Virus record (IMG/VR): IMGVR_UViG_3300009103_001660
Coordinates: 32,001 to 96,000 of that record
Direction: 5' to 3' (one strand)
Origin: a virus
Length of the DNA stretch: 64,000 bases
The notes beneath the pieces were generated by a model. It did no database searches. It was given only the letters and a program-made list of their open reading frames with translations, and was not told the origin of the DNA. Positions 1-9,192 of this stretch are shown in pieces. The position numbers were made by a program, and so were the translations under genes. Position 1 is the first letter of the stretch; the number at the start of each line of letters is the position of its first letter.

Positions 1-1008
1 GTTTCTATAGTTTTCGGAGCAAACACTCCCGCCCCGAACGTATACTACTCCCTGCCTATTATGACTGAGGGGTTTGAGATAAGCGCGCAGGGGGATATAC
101 CCCGACCTCTTTTAACCCTTTCTTCGGTAAACGCCATAAACGAAGCATCAATCGAACATCCAAGCGTGGGAGCTTTTCATAACCTCAAAACGGCCATATT
201 GAATCTCAACAATCTAATAGATGCAAAGGTCACCAGAATCAAAACTCTTTTTAAGTATCTACATAAGACCAATAGTTTTCCAAATATAGACAGCGCACAC
301 CTATGGAATTCCGATACCAAGAGACCACCAGAACTAACAAGAGAGGTCTACTATGTCCAAAGAAAAACCATGGAAGATAGAACCACAATTCAATTTGAGC
401 TTTCTTCAGTTTTGGATATAGAAAACTACCTACTCCCAGGCAGACTTTGCCTAGCGTCCAGATGTCCTTTCGTATATAGAGGAGAAGGCTGCTGTTATGA
501 ATACAAAGCAACCACGAGTCCAGAAATAGCTGAACAAAAAGAAACTTTTAGTGATGACGCTCAACCGAGAATGCCAGATAAAGCTCCAGCTATAGCTACA
601 GACGACGACGTACCTATGACCGAAAAAGTAGGAGACATAACTAGAGGGAGTACAAACCTAAGCGGGTACTCCACCTCAAACACCCCGACGGAATACAATA
701 AAACATCCACATATGCTAGGGGAGCAGTGGTTTATCTAAAAAAAGATGGCATAAAATACTATTTTGTATCAAAGGGCGGGGAGGACGCAAGTGTTGGTGG
801 GACAAACGCATACCACACACCAGCAGGAGCAATGCCCCCAGACTCCAAATATTGGGAAATGGATAGGTGCTCAAAAAGCGTTGAGGGGTGTAAACTTAGA
901 TGGGGAACCTCTGGTGGAGCTTCTTGGCCGACAAGTAAAGCTAAATTTGCAGATGGATATCTCAGATTCGGCGGTTTCCCATCGCTAAATGAGAAAAACG
1001 CACAATGA
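1..1008 (+). CDS. Minor tail protein, lambda gpL-like (5' truncated by window edge)
   Basis: Frame is open from base 1 (VSIVFGANTPAPNVYYSLPIMTEGFE...). gpL-type motifs: PI..EGFE....G..PRP, IQFELSS, C.F.YRGEGC.Y, D.C.K...GCK.R, FGGFP (Fe-S Cys set). Confidence 0.85.
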   Translation, partial: VSIVFGANTPAPNVYYSLPIMTEGFEISAQGDIPRPLLTLSSVNAINEASIEHPSVGAFHNLKTAILNLNNLIDAKVTRIKTLFKYLHKTNSFPNIDSAHLWNSDTKRPPELTREVYYVQRKTMEDRTTIQFELSSVLDIENYLLPGRLCLASRCPFVYRGEGCCYEYKATTSPEIAEQKETFSDDAQPRMPDKAPAIATDDDVPMTEKVGDITRGSTNLSGYSTSNTPTEYNKTSTYARGAVVYLKKDGIKYYFVSKGGEDASVGGTNAYHTPAGAMPPDSKYWEMDRCSKSVEGCKLRWGTSGGASWPTSKAKFADGYLRFGGFPSLNEKNAQ

Positions 1009-1340
1009 CATTGACTAAAAAAATAAAAAAAAATATAAAACAACATTCCGCGGACGAATATCCCGATGAGTGTTGTGGGATTATTTTAGTAAATGAAAAA
1101 GAATTATGTGACTCACACAGGTGTAAAAATGTTTCAATTAACAAAAGAAATAATTTCGAAATAGACGCTAAGTCTTACCTAGATGCGTCAAGAAAAGGAA
1201 AGATAATAGGATATTATCACTCACACCCAAACGAAAATAGTGATTTTTCAGACCTAGACAAAGCAGTTAGTAAAGCTCACGGGTTACCCCTAGTGATGTA
1301 TTTCCTAAAAGAAGACAAATTTTATATACATAAATCATGA
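1005..1340 (+). CDS. JAB/MPN (JAMM) domain tail assembly protein, gpK N-domain-like
   Basis: EYPDECCG plus canonical H-S-H-x7-S-x2-D (HSHPNENSDFSDLD); lies between gpL- and gpI-like genes with ATGA overlap. Confidence 0.85.
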   Translation: MTLTKKIKKNIKQHSADEYPDECCGIILVNEKELCDSHRCKNVSINKRNNFEIDAKSYLDASRKGKIIGYYHSHPNENSDFSDLDKAVSKAHGLPLVMYFLKEDKFYIHKS

Positions 1341-1993
1341 ATGAATCTTTAGTAAAAATTAATTTTCACGGAAACCTAGCCGAAGCAGTAGGCAAAAATA
1401 AATGGGAAGTGTCTGTATCTAGCTTTCCAGAGGCCATGCATGCCATTAACACATTGTCAGAAAACAGGCTGAGAGAATATTTCCTTAGTCCCAAAAGTCT
1501 TCACGGAAGATATAAGGTATTCGTTAACGAAAAGGAGATCCCCTTCGAGGGAAACCTAGAAACGAGTGAATTGAATCTGAAAAGAGAAGACCTATCTTCG
1601 ATAGAGATAGTGCCAGTGCTTGAAGGGGCAGACGATGGCTGGATAGATTGGCTTGGAATAGGCCTTGGAATTATAGGCCTTGGGTTTGCTACAAGTACGA
1701 TGTCGGCCATGGCGATGTTGAGTTTAATCACGGCAGGAATTTCCAATCTATTATCGGATCCTCCAGGTAGACCCCCATCCGAACAAATTTCCCTCGAGCC
1801 AGACCAGCTAGCAAATTCATATCTATTCCAAGGTCCAGTAAACGTTATAAACGAGGGAAGTCCTGTCCCGATTGGATATGGAAGAATGTTATGCGGGAGC
1901 ATGGTTGTTCTAAGTACGTATGATATAACATATACCGACGTGGAAACAGTAGGAACAAGAGATATAGTTAAAACAGTAAATGTAGACGCTTAA
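1337..1993 (+). CDS. Tail assembly protein, lambda gpI-like
   Basis: N-terminal domain ending IEIVPVLEGA, Gly-rich hydrophobic middle, C-terminal SYLF.GPVN...G.PVPIGYGR.L.GS typical of gpI. Confidence 0.85.
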   Translation: MNESLVKINFHGNLAEAVGKNKWEVSVSSFPEAMHAINTLSENRLREYFLSPKSLHGRYKVFVNEKEIPFEGNLETSELNLKREDLSSIEIVPVLEGADDGWIDWLGIGLGIIGLGFATSTMSAMAMLSLITAGISNLLSDPPGRPPSEQISLEPDQLANSYLFQGPVNVINEGSPVPIGYGRMLCGSMVVLSTYDITYTDVETVGTRDIVKTVNVDA

Positions 1994-1999
1994 AAATAA

Positions 2000-4900
2000 A
2001 TGCCACCATCAATAATATCTAGCTCTAATGAAGGAGTGCCAGAGTCAGAGGCTAAACAGTCTTTGTTTTTTGGCTCACTCCCCAGTAAAGATATTACCTA
2101 TTTTCAAACCTATGACGCAGACATCGATTTAACCACGGAAGACGCGCCTGAAGATTATGGTCTGCTAATAGATGGGAAATATTGGACCGCTAGAAATCAT
2201 ATTAAAATTTTAGACCTCATTACCGAGGGAGAAGTTCAGGGTATCGTAAGTGGCGAATATTCCCCAAGCGGAATGGTGGAGGGCGCAGTAGGATATTCTG
2301 GATATAAATTCGAACCATATATAACATCATCCGATACTGAGCCTTTTTTAAGGTCTGTTTATCTAAATGAAGTTCCAGTTGTTAACTCCAACGGACAATT
2401 TAATTTTCAAGAATTTGAGGGCGGATACTTTGAAGGAAACCCTATTGGCCTCTTGCCAGAATCTGGTAACCTAAAGCTCGATTCTGGATTTCTTAGTATA
2501 GGCGTTGACGACACGACAGAAAGAAAAGCTCAAAAAGTCAGAGGCATAAATGAAAGGCTAAGGGGCCCAGACAGGGGTTCATCAGAATCCTATTATCTAC
2601 CCAAAGTTTATAGGGTTTTAAATAAAGACCTCGACAGCGTTAATGTAAACGTAAAAATACCCAACCTATCATACTATAGAGTAAACACAAAAACGGTCAC
2701 CCGAACAGTAACAGAGGACGGCGAAGAAATACAAAAAGGCTTTGCCACAGATCAGCACGGAGAAGTAGTCAGGTCGGAAATTCTCCAAATTCCTCTAGCA
2801 ACGACAGTAAATGTACAATTTTTATCTAGACCAGTTTATGAAAACTCAGTAGAACAAGCGTGGAGAGACGCGGGAAGCAACAGTATAAAGGGGTTAATAA
2901 CCAGCCCGACCATCTGGAAAAAGAATATACCCGTATTTTTAACTGGGGGACAAACCCCCAGTGGTTTGATTGGTTGGGATATCGGGGTAGTCCGAGCAAC
3001 CGAAGACTCCAGACACAGCTACGCCACAAACCAAACATTTATCGATAGTATAGTCGAACTATCAAAATCGTCTTTTTCATACCCGAACTCTTCATTGGTT
3101 GCGCTCAATTTTAATGCGGAATATTTCTCATCCATACCCACCAGAGCATACGACATGGAACTACAAAAAGTACAAGTTCCCGTCGGGTATGATACAAGAA
3201 CGAAACAGCACGCAGAAGTATGGGATGGAACCTTCCAATCAGAAAAAAAATGGACAGATAATCCAGCTTGGATTTTTTATGATCTTATTACGAACAAGAG
3301 ATATGGCCTAGGCAAATTCGCCAGACACGTAACTATAGATAAATGGACGCTTTGGGAATTATCCAAATACTGCGATACTATGGTACGAGACGGGAAAGGC
3401 GGGCTTGAGCCAAGATTTACATGTAATGTGCTAATCAATACAAGAGAAGACGCATTTAAAGTTCTAAAAGATTTCGCGAGTATTTTTAGGTCAATAATTT
3501 ATTACGGATTTAATAACCTAAATATTACGACAGACAAACCAAAGAACCCAATTTATCTTTTTACGAACTCAAACGTAAAAGACGGAAATTTTAAATACGT
3601 TACCAACGCCCTTCAGTCCCTACCTACTGTAGCAGTTGTAAGATATAACGACAAAACAAACTTCTACAAACCATCTTTAGAATACGTAGAGGACGTTGAT
3701 GCTATCAGAAAGTATGGCATAACCGAAAGGGAGGTAAGTGCTTTTGGTTGTACAAGCAAGTCTGAGGCCGTAAGGGTGGGCAGGTGGATATTATCCACGG
3801 AAAATACCCAAACAGAGATGGTACAATTTACTTCTGGCCCAGAGTCCCTTCTTTTAAGGCCAGGAGATGTCATAAGAGTTACTGATAAACACAGAGCTTC
3901 GGTAAGTGGTTATTTTGAAGGGAGAATCAAAAATAAAAATACAATAGCGAATGGTTGGATAACCCTAGATAAAGACCTACCGCTAACTAGTAACACAAAT
4001 TATTATCTAACAATTAATACACCAACCTATTTCTATGATAATTCCATAACTAATGTTACGGGCTCTAAAGATGCAACTGCGCTGTACTCAAATCATACCA
4101 GTGGAATATCTTTCAACTCAAATAACACAACTAGGGATATTATTGGAACTGGGATAAGTGGCGCACTTTATGGAACAAGAATCTCTGGAAATTTCTTTAC
4201 AAACACTTACGCAAATATACCACCCGAAACTACTTGGAGTGTTATAAAAAATACAACCACAGAACATTCATCCAACTTATATCAAATAACCTCCATAACA
4301 GAATCAGATTCCTACACCTACTCCATGGAGGCTCTTTTGTATAACTCTGGAAAATATGATTTCATTGAAAAGGGTCTTAGGGTTGCCGCCCCACCATCAA
4401 TTCATAGCTCCGTTGCTGCTCCGCCAGGGCCACAATCAATATCTGCCTCTATAGGCAGTGTGGCAGGAACAATTGGAACACAGCAAATAACAATCAAAGT
4501 TAACCCACCAGGATCTGCCACAGCATCAGACGTTGGAACTACAGTTGGGTATAAAATTTTTATAAAAGGCATCACCAACACCAGTGCCTGCGATGACTCA
4601 GCGAATTTAGACGCTTATGATTTTGCTGAAGAAGATTTAGTCAGCGGAGTCCCGAAAGAAGAATTTGAAGCTGGAGTTCTTTTTCCATCGGTTACATCAA
4701 ATGGTTTTGCGGTAGATGGAAACGGAGACTTAACAATTACATTTAACTACATACCAGACACAAACAAAAGGGTTTATGTAATAAGAGTATATGCGGTAAA
4801 TTCCGTTGGGATAGTGTCCGCAAACTACGGTAAAGAGGAGAGGTGTGTAACGCAACACTACCCAGTAAAAGACGTAAAAATCTATGGCTTGAGAACAACC

Positions 4901-7288
4901 ACTGGCAACCCAGACGATTCTACTCAAGAGTCTAACGTGGGCTCTTCTGCGACTAAGGCTTTGTTCAGTAAGGTTGATGCTAAAGATTTTCAATTAATTT
5001 GGAATAAATCATTCTTAGGTAACGACGTACTACCCCCCGATGTAAAATATAGAATATCCGTATTTCCCCCAGGCACATCAAATTACGCCTCTGCTACAGC
5101 ACTTGGCTCTTTCACCACCACAGAAGATAATTATGCTTTCACGTTTGCTATAAATAGCAATCTAACTAACGGCCCACACAGACACATAGATGTAGTGGTA
5201 GAAGCAATAACGCTAGCCCTCCCCTACACTTCCTCCTCAAACAGTTATAACGCAAGTAGTGAGGGCTGGGATGTGGTAGAAATCTTAAACCCAAGGCCAA
5301 AGGATTATAATCTTACGCCGAGAAAAGAGGTTGGGGCAATCCCAGGAAATACTTGGTCAACAGAAGCGATGACGACAACGCAGTATATTGATTCCGATGG
5401 CGCAGTCGTTTTAGACATACGATCCACATCTATAAATGATTTAGCTGGGGGGTATATTTATGTATCCAAAAACCCATTCAACTATAAAGACTTTGGCACA
5501 GACGGCGAACCCCTTGCTCCCCTTAATAGACCAGATCTTAAGTTACAGCCCCCAAACGGTGTTGGCTCTAAACTTAATACCGACGAGCAAACCGCGTTGA
5601 CGAACTGGGAAATAATCAAAATTCCATTTGAGTCTCCAGACAATGATATAATTCCACGCCCGCTTAGAGTTTTCCCGAACACCTCACCAGCGGCCTCGGG
5701 AATAGCTGACGATTTTGCTTATAACTACGGAAACAAGTACTATATGGCCGTTAAATTTTACGATTCATTTGACAAAGCATATAGTAAGCTAGACCCAGGA
5801 GGATTTAATACAAACGTTTACCCGATTTTGCCTCTTGGATTTGCGAGGAACACGGTTATCCCCACGAGCGACGGAGATCTTAACGTAACAAATTGTACAT
5901 ACGGAGGGGGATACAGTGTAATTGATCACCCAATTGAAAAGTATGATGCTAATGCAAGCTGCTCCAAAAAGGTTCTAGCTCAGAACTATCAATTATCTGT
6001 AGGTACTGGAGAAGGAGGTTGTAGCAACTGTGTCAATACTGGCTTATATTTAGGATATCATGAAGTTAATGATACCTACGTTGACGCAACTGGATCTGGT
6101 ATTCTTTCAGTACCCATTTATCCAAGTAGATTTTACAGCGCAAACTCAGAGAACCCATTCAAATGGTGGGTAAGACTAAATATAAATGGTCAATGGGAAG
6201 GCAACGGGATAGAAAAAATAAGAGTGCTCACAGCAAAAGACGTATGGACACTGTATAACTATAATGGATTTTTCGAGTATAGATGTGACTTCAAACAAGT
6301 TACGCTAAGCGACGGAACAATTAAGATCAATGACGTAGACTCTCATTCAGTATGCAAATTCAGAATGGGAGACAAGGGGGCAGCACATGCTTATAGTAGA
6401 GTTTACTCTGTAGATGACGCAAATCTCTCTGCGGAAGGGAGCTCAACCTATACCGTAACAGGAGTTAAGGCGGGCGTTCTGTACCCAGTTTCTAGTAGCA
6501 CCGTAAAGCGCGTTTGGGACCATGCCTCCCCTGGTGATCACATAGGGGCGTTTTATAGCAGTTTATTCGAACCATATAATGCTGCCGCTGGCAAATTTGA
6601 CAAATATTATCCATACGAAGATAGAATACAATCATACAACGAAAGAAATCAAGCGATCGCTGGTAAAACTAGACCGAACTTGGGCTTTAGAAGGTTTAGA
6701 GTTTATTTTGATCCACACCATTTACCATTCGCTTCAGACGCAAGCGGATTAGCCTCCTATTCCATTGTTGGAATGAATAGCTGGAATGGCCCATATGAAG
6801 ACTGGAAGGGTACTTCCGCAGCGCAAATTAAAGAGAGCTTAATATTCAAAAAAGCGGGGACAGATGTCATCCCAGGATATATCCAAGCTTGGCTTAGGCC
6901 AGGAGACGTTTTTGAAAACATACCAGGCTTATGGAACCATCATCCAGCTGGATTTGGACAGGGGTATGGAGGTCTTATTAAGACTCAAAAATACTTTGAT
7001 GTGCACATGGGGAGACTTGTCGACGATAGCTACTTAACCGAGGCATTTTTTGGGGTGCTCACGACGAATGACTATACTGAAGAAATGAAATCCGTTGACC
7101 TGCCATCTATTGACACCGCCAACCAAAACACACTTAAAGGCTTGGGTGGCTACGGAGGAGTGTCCGACCCATATCCCGATGGATTTACCCTGAATGAAAC
7201 CGTATATTGGGGAGAATCATTCGTAACAAAAGTTGAAAACGATGGAGTCATAGACTACATGAAGAACGACGGGCACGACCCCACATAA
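2000..7288 (+). CDS. Central tail fibre / tip attachment protein, lambda gpJ-like (1762 aa)
   Basis: ILDLITEGEVQG, YPNSSLVAL, WTDNPAWIFYDLITNKRYGLG, EPRFTCN, FGCTSKSEAVRVGRW, LRPGDVIRVTD; follows the L-K-I genes. Confidence 0.9.
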   Translation: MPPSIISSSNEGVPESEAKQSLFFGSLPSKDITYFQTYDADIDLTTEDAPEDYGLLIDGKYWTARNHIKILDLITEGEVQGIVSGEYSPSGMVEGAVGYSGYKFEPYITSSDTEPFLRSVYLNEVPVVNSNGQFNFQEFEGGYFEGNPIGLLPESGNLKLDSGFLSIGVDDTTERKAQKVRGINERLRGPDRGSSESYYLPKVYRVLNKDLDSVNVNVKIPNLSYYRVNTKTVTRTVTEDGEEIQKGFATDQHGEVVRSEILQIPLATTVNVQFLSRPVYENSVEQAWRDAGSNSIKGLITSPTIWKKNIPVFLTGGQTPSGLIGWDIGVVRATEDSRHSYATNQTFIDSIVELSKSSFSYPNSSLVALNFNAEYFSSIPTRAYDMELQKVQVPVGYDTRTKQHAEVWDGTFQSEKKWTDNPAWIFYDLITNKRYGLGKFARHVTIDKWTLWELSKYCDTMVRDGKGGLEPRFTCNVLINTREDAFKVLKDFASIFRSIIYYGFNNLNITTDKPKNPIYLFTNSNVKDGNFKYVTNALQSLPTVAVVRYNDKTNFYKPSLEYVEDVDAIRKYGITEREVSAFGCTSKSEAVRVGRWILSTENTQTEMVQFTSGPESLLLRPGDVIRVTDKHRASVSGYFEGRIKNKNTIANGWITLDKDLPLTSNTNYYLTINTPTYFYDNSITNVTGSKDATALYSNHTSGISFNSNNTTRDIIGTGISGALYGTRISGNFFTNTYANIPPETTWSVIKNTTTEHSSNLYQITSITESDSYTYSMEALLYNSGKYDFIEKGLRVAAPPSIHSSVAAPPGPQSISASIGSVAGTIGTQQITIKVNPPGSATASDVGTTVGYKIFIKGITNTSACDDSANLDAYDFAEEDLVSGVPKEEFEAGVLFPSVTSNGFAVDGNGDLTITFNYIPDTNKRVYVIRVYAVNSVGIVSANYGKEERCVTQHYPVKDVKIYGLRTTTGNPDDSTQESNVGSSATKALFSKVDAKDFQLIWNKSFLGNDVLPPDVKYRISVFPPGTSNYASATALGSFTTTEDNYAFTFAINSNLTNGPHRHIDVVVEAITLALPYTSSSNSYNASSEGWDVVEILNPRPKDYNLTPRKEVGAIPGNTWSTEAMTTTQYIDSDGAVVLDIRSTSINDLAGGYIYVSKNPFNYKDFGTDGEPLAPLNRPDLKLQPPNGVGSKLNTDEQTALTNWEIIKIPFESPDNDIIPRPLRVFPNTSPAASGIADDFAYNYGNKYYMAVKFYDSFDKAYSKLDPGGFNTNVYPILPLGFARNTVIPTSDGDLNVTNCTYGGGYSVIDHPIEKYDANASCSKKVLAQNYQLSVGTGEGGCSNCVNTGLYLGYHEVNDTYVDATGSGILSVPIYPSRFYSANSENPFKWWVRLNINGQWEGNGIEKIRVLTAKDVWTLYNYNGFFEYRCDFKQVTLSDGTIKINDVDSHSVCKFRMGDKGAAHAYSRVYSVDDANLSAEGSSTYTVTGVKAGVLYPVSSSTVKRVWDHASPGDHIGAFYSSLFEPYNAAAGKFDKYYPYEDRIQSYNERNQAIAGKTRPNLGFRRFRVYFDPHHLPFASDASGLASYSIVGMNSWNGPYEDWKGTSAAQIKESLIFKKAGTDVIPGYIQAWLRPGDVFENIPGLWNHHPAGFGQGYGGLIKTQKYFDVHMGRLVDDSYLTEAFFGVLTTNDYTEEMKSVDLPSIDTANQNTLKGLGGYGGVSDPYPDGFTLNETVYWGESFVTKVENDGVIDYMKNDGHDPT

Positions 7289-7289
7289 A

Positions 7290-8015
7290 ATGAAAAAACT
7301 AAATAATATAATAATTATTCTTCTAAAGAATGGTAAGAAAATATGCCTAGATATAGCTGATTATACAAAAGCACAAAGCACAGCCATTAGCTTTCTCATT
7401 CACGAGGGTATACCGCACACAGAGGTCAAACAAATAATTTCCATACCAAGCACACAGTATACCGCATATGAATACCAGCACTACTTTAACGAAGCAACTG
7501 GGATAATGAATAAAAAGGAGATACTGATAGATAAAAAGATAGAAGAGATCAGAAAGAGGAGAGGGCTAATGTTTAATAAGTTGGACTTAGAATTCATGAG
7601 AACTCTTGAACAAGATAATCTAGACGGAAAAGAGCACATAGTTACAATGAAAAATTATCTAAGAGATCTGCCAGTACTACTAGAAGAAACCCTACCCAAC
7701 CTAACCGAAAAAGAAATACAAGGATTTAACGAATATAATAATATTTTTAGAATTTTCCTAATGGACGGAGGAGAGGGGTACTCAAAAGCTCCTAAAATAA
7801 CAATAGACCCGCCCAAAGGGGCTGGGGACGGAGGTTTTCAATTAAAAGCTATTGCAACAATAAATGAAGGAAAAGTAAACAGTGTAATAATAACACAATA
7901 CGGAAGCGGATACTCAATTATCCCAGAAATTAAATTTTCAGACCCAGACTCGGGAGATAAGCAGGCTTTTGCGATTGCCTCAGACCCAGAAAATGATATA
8001 TTTCAAAATAACTAA
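7290..8015 (+). CDS. Putative tail fibre assembly chaperone / structural protein
   Basis: R..L...LD....R......K..LRDLP resembles phage tail-assembly chaperones; C-terminal GGEGYSKAP / GSGYSIIP beta-repeats; directly after gpJ. Confidence 0.45.
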   Translation: MKKLNNIIIILLKNGKKICLDIADYTKAQSTAISFLIHEGIPHTEVKQIISIPSTQYTAYEYQHYFNEATGIMNKKEILIDKKIEEIRKRRGLMFNKLDLEFMRTLEQDNLDGKEHIVTMKNYLRDLPVLLEETLPNLTEKEIQGFNEYNNIFRIFLMDGGEGYSKAPKITIDPPKGAGDGGFQLKAIATINEGKVNSVIITQYGSGYSIIPEIKFSDPDSGDKQAFAIASDPENDIFQNN

Positions 8016-8018
8016 ACA

Positions 8019-8025
8019 AGTGTAA
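8019..8025 (+). promoter_or_regulatory. Putative late promoter motif AGTGTAA
   Basis: AGTGTAA 13 nt upstream of the ATG at 8039; the same motif precedes many other genes. Confidence 0.5.
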
Positions 8026-8038
8026 AAGAGGAAAGAAT

Positions 8039-9190
8039 ATGCCATTTATATCACAGACAAAACATTTCGGACACACAGTTTCCATAGAAAGCGGAACTAA
8101 TAAAGTAATAACCTGCACCCAAGGTACTTGGGATACCCTAAAAGAGGGAAACAGCAGCATTTCATTTGGAGACGAAGGAGTAATGTTTAAAGTCTCAAAC
8201 AAAAAAAGAGCAACCATCTCAAAAGATGTTGAAGTTTTTGACCTTGACAAACTAAGAATAAATGAAAGTGTCACATACCAACTGTGCCCAAGTGACGTTA
8301 TAGTCTTCACACACAAGCAGTATGAAATTGGAGAAGATATAGAGATAAAAAACCTAGGTTCAAATTATTCCGTTGGAGATATTCTCATTCCCTCAAATGC
8401 GACACCGAGATATAATAGCTTTGACGATACAGAACAGCACGCCGAATTCGAAGTAACAGAAGTGATAGCCCCCTCGCCTGATAATCCGACGGCGGGCGGA
8501 GTAGCTTCACTAAAAGTAATAAAAAAAGGAGTATACAATTCATATCTAAATAATGATATAGAATTTAGCGGCGGAACTGGCAGCGGCCTAGTAGTCACTT
8601 GTGATTTTATACCCCTCCAAGAAATCTTCAATGAAGAAAGGACAATCGCAAATATTGAAGTAAACCAATCTCCATCTGGTCCGTATTCTATATTGTATCT
8701 CAGCCACCCTCTTCCGCCCAAAATTTTGAAGGGCAAAATTAAAGCGGAAAAATGGTTTATTTACTTAAACGTTGATTATCAAGGACAGTCAAAAATAAAT
8801 GTCCCGTACTCGATAGTGAAAGATTTTACAAAGAGCGCAAACCTCCCTCTTATAATGGGAGACGTTCACAACAGCCGCACTTTGTATAATGAATCAATGT
8901 CTATAATTGATGCAAAAATAGAAAATCTATACAATAAAATTTCTGAAGCAAACTCAAGATTTGAAGACCTCCTCACAAAATATAATGAACTAGAAACGTC
9001 AGCACTTAATATCTCTAACGCAAACAAAGAAGATATCGAAGACTTAAAATCGAAGTACGATCAAATAGGAGACGTGTTCATTGAGACGGGCCAAAAGTCT
9101 AAGGCTTCATTTATAACCTTAGGGCAGCAGATAGACGGAATAATTAACGAAGTTAATAAGCTCAAGGGCGAAGAGCCAACAGAAGACTAA
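8039..9190 (+). CDS. Virion-associated hypothetical protein with C-terminal coiled coil
   Basis: 383-aa ORF; G..YSVGDIL and GGTGSGLVV motifs common in phage tail proteins; heptad-rich C-terminus. Confidence 0.45.
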   Translation: MPFISQTKHFGHTVSIESGTNKVITCTQGTWDTLKEGNSSISFGDEGVMFKVSNKKRATISKDVEVFDLDKLRINESVTYQLCPSDVIVFTHKQYEIGEDIEIKNLGSNYSVGDILIPSNATPRYNSFDDTEQHAEFEVTEVIAPSPDNPTAGGVASLKVIKKGVYNSYLNNDIEFSGGTGSGLVVTCDFIPLQEIFNEERTIANIEVNQSPSGPYSILYLSHPLPPKILKGKIKAEKWFIYLNVDYQGQSKINVPYSIVKDFTKSANLPLIMGDVHNSRTLYNESMSIIDAKIENLYNKISEANSRFEDLLTKYNELETSALNISNANKEDIEDLKSKYDQIGDVFIETGQKSKASFITLGQQIDGIINEVNKLKGEEPTED

Positions 9191-9192
9191 GC

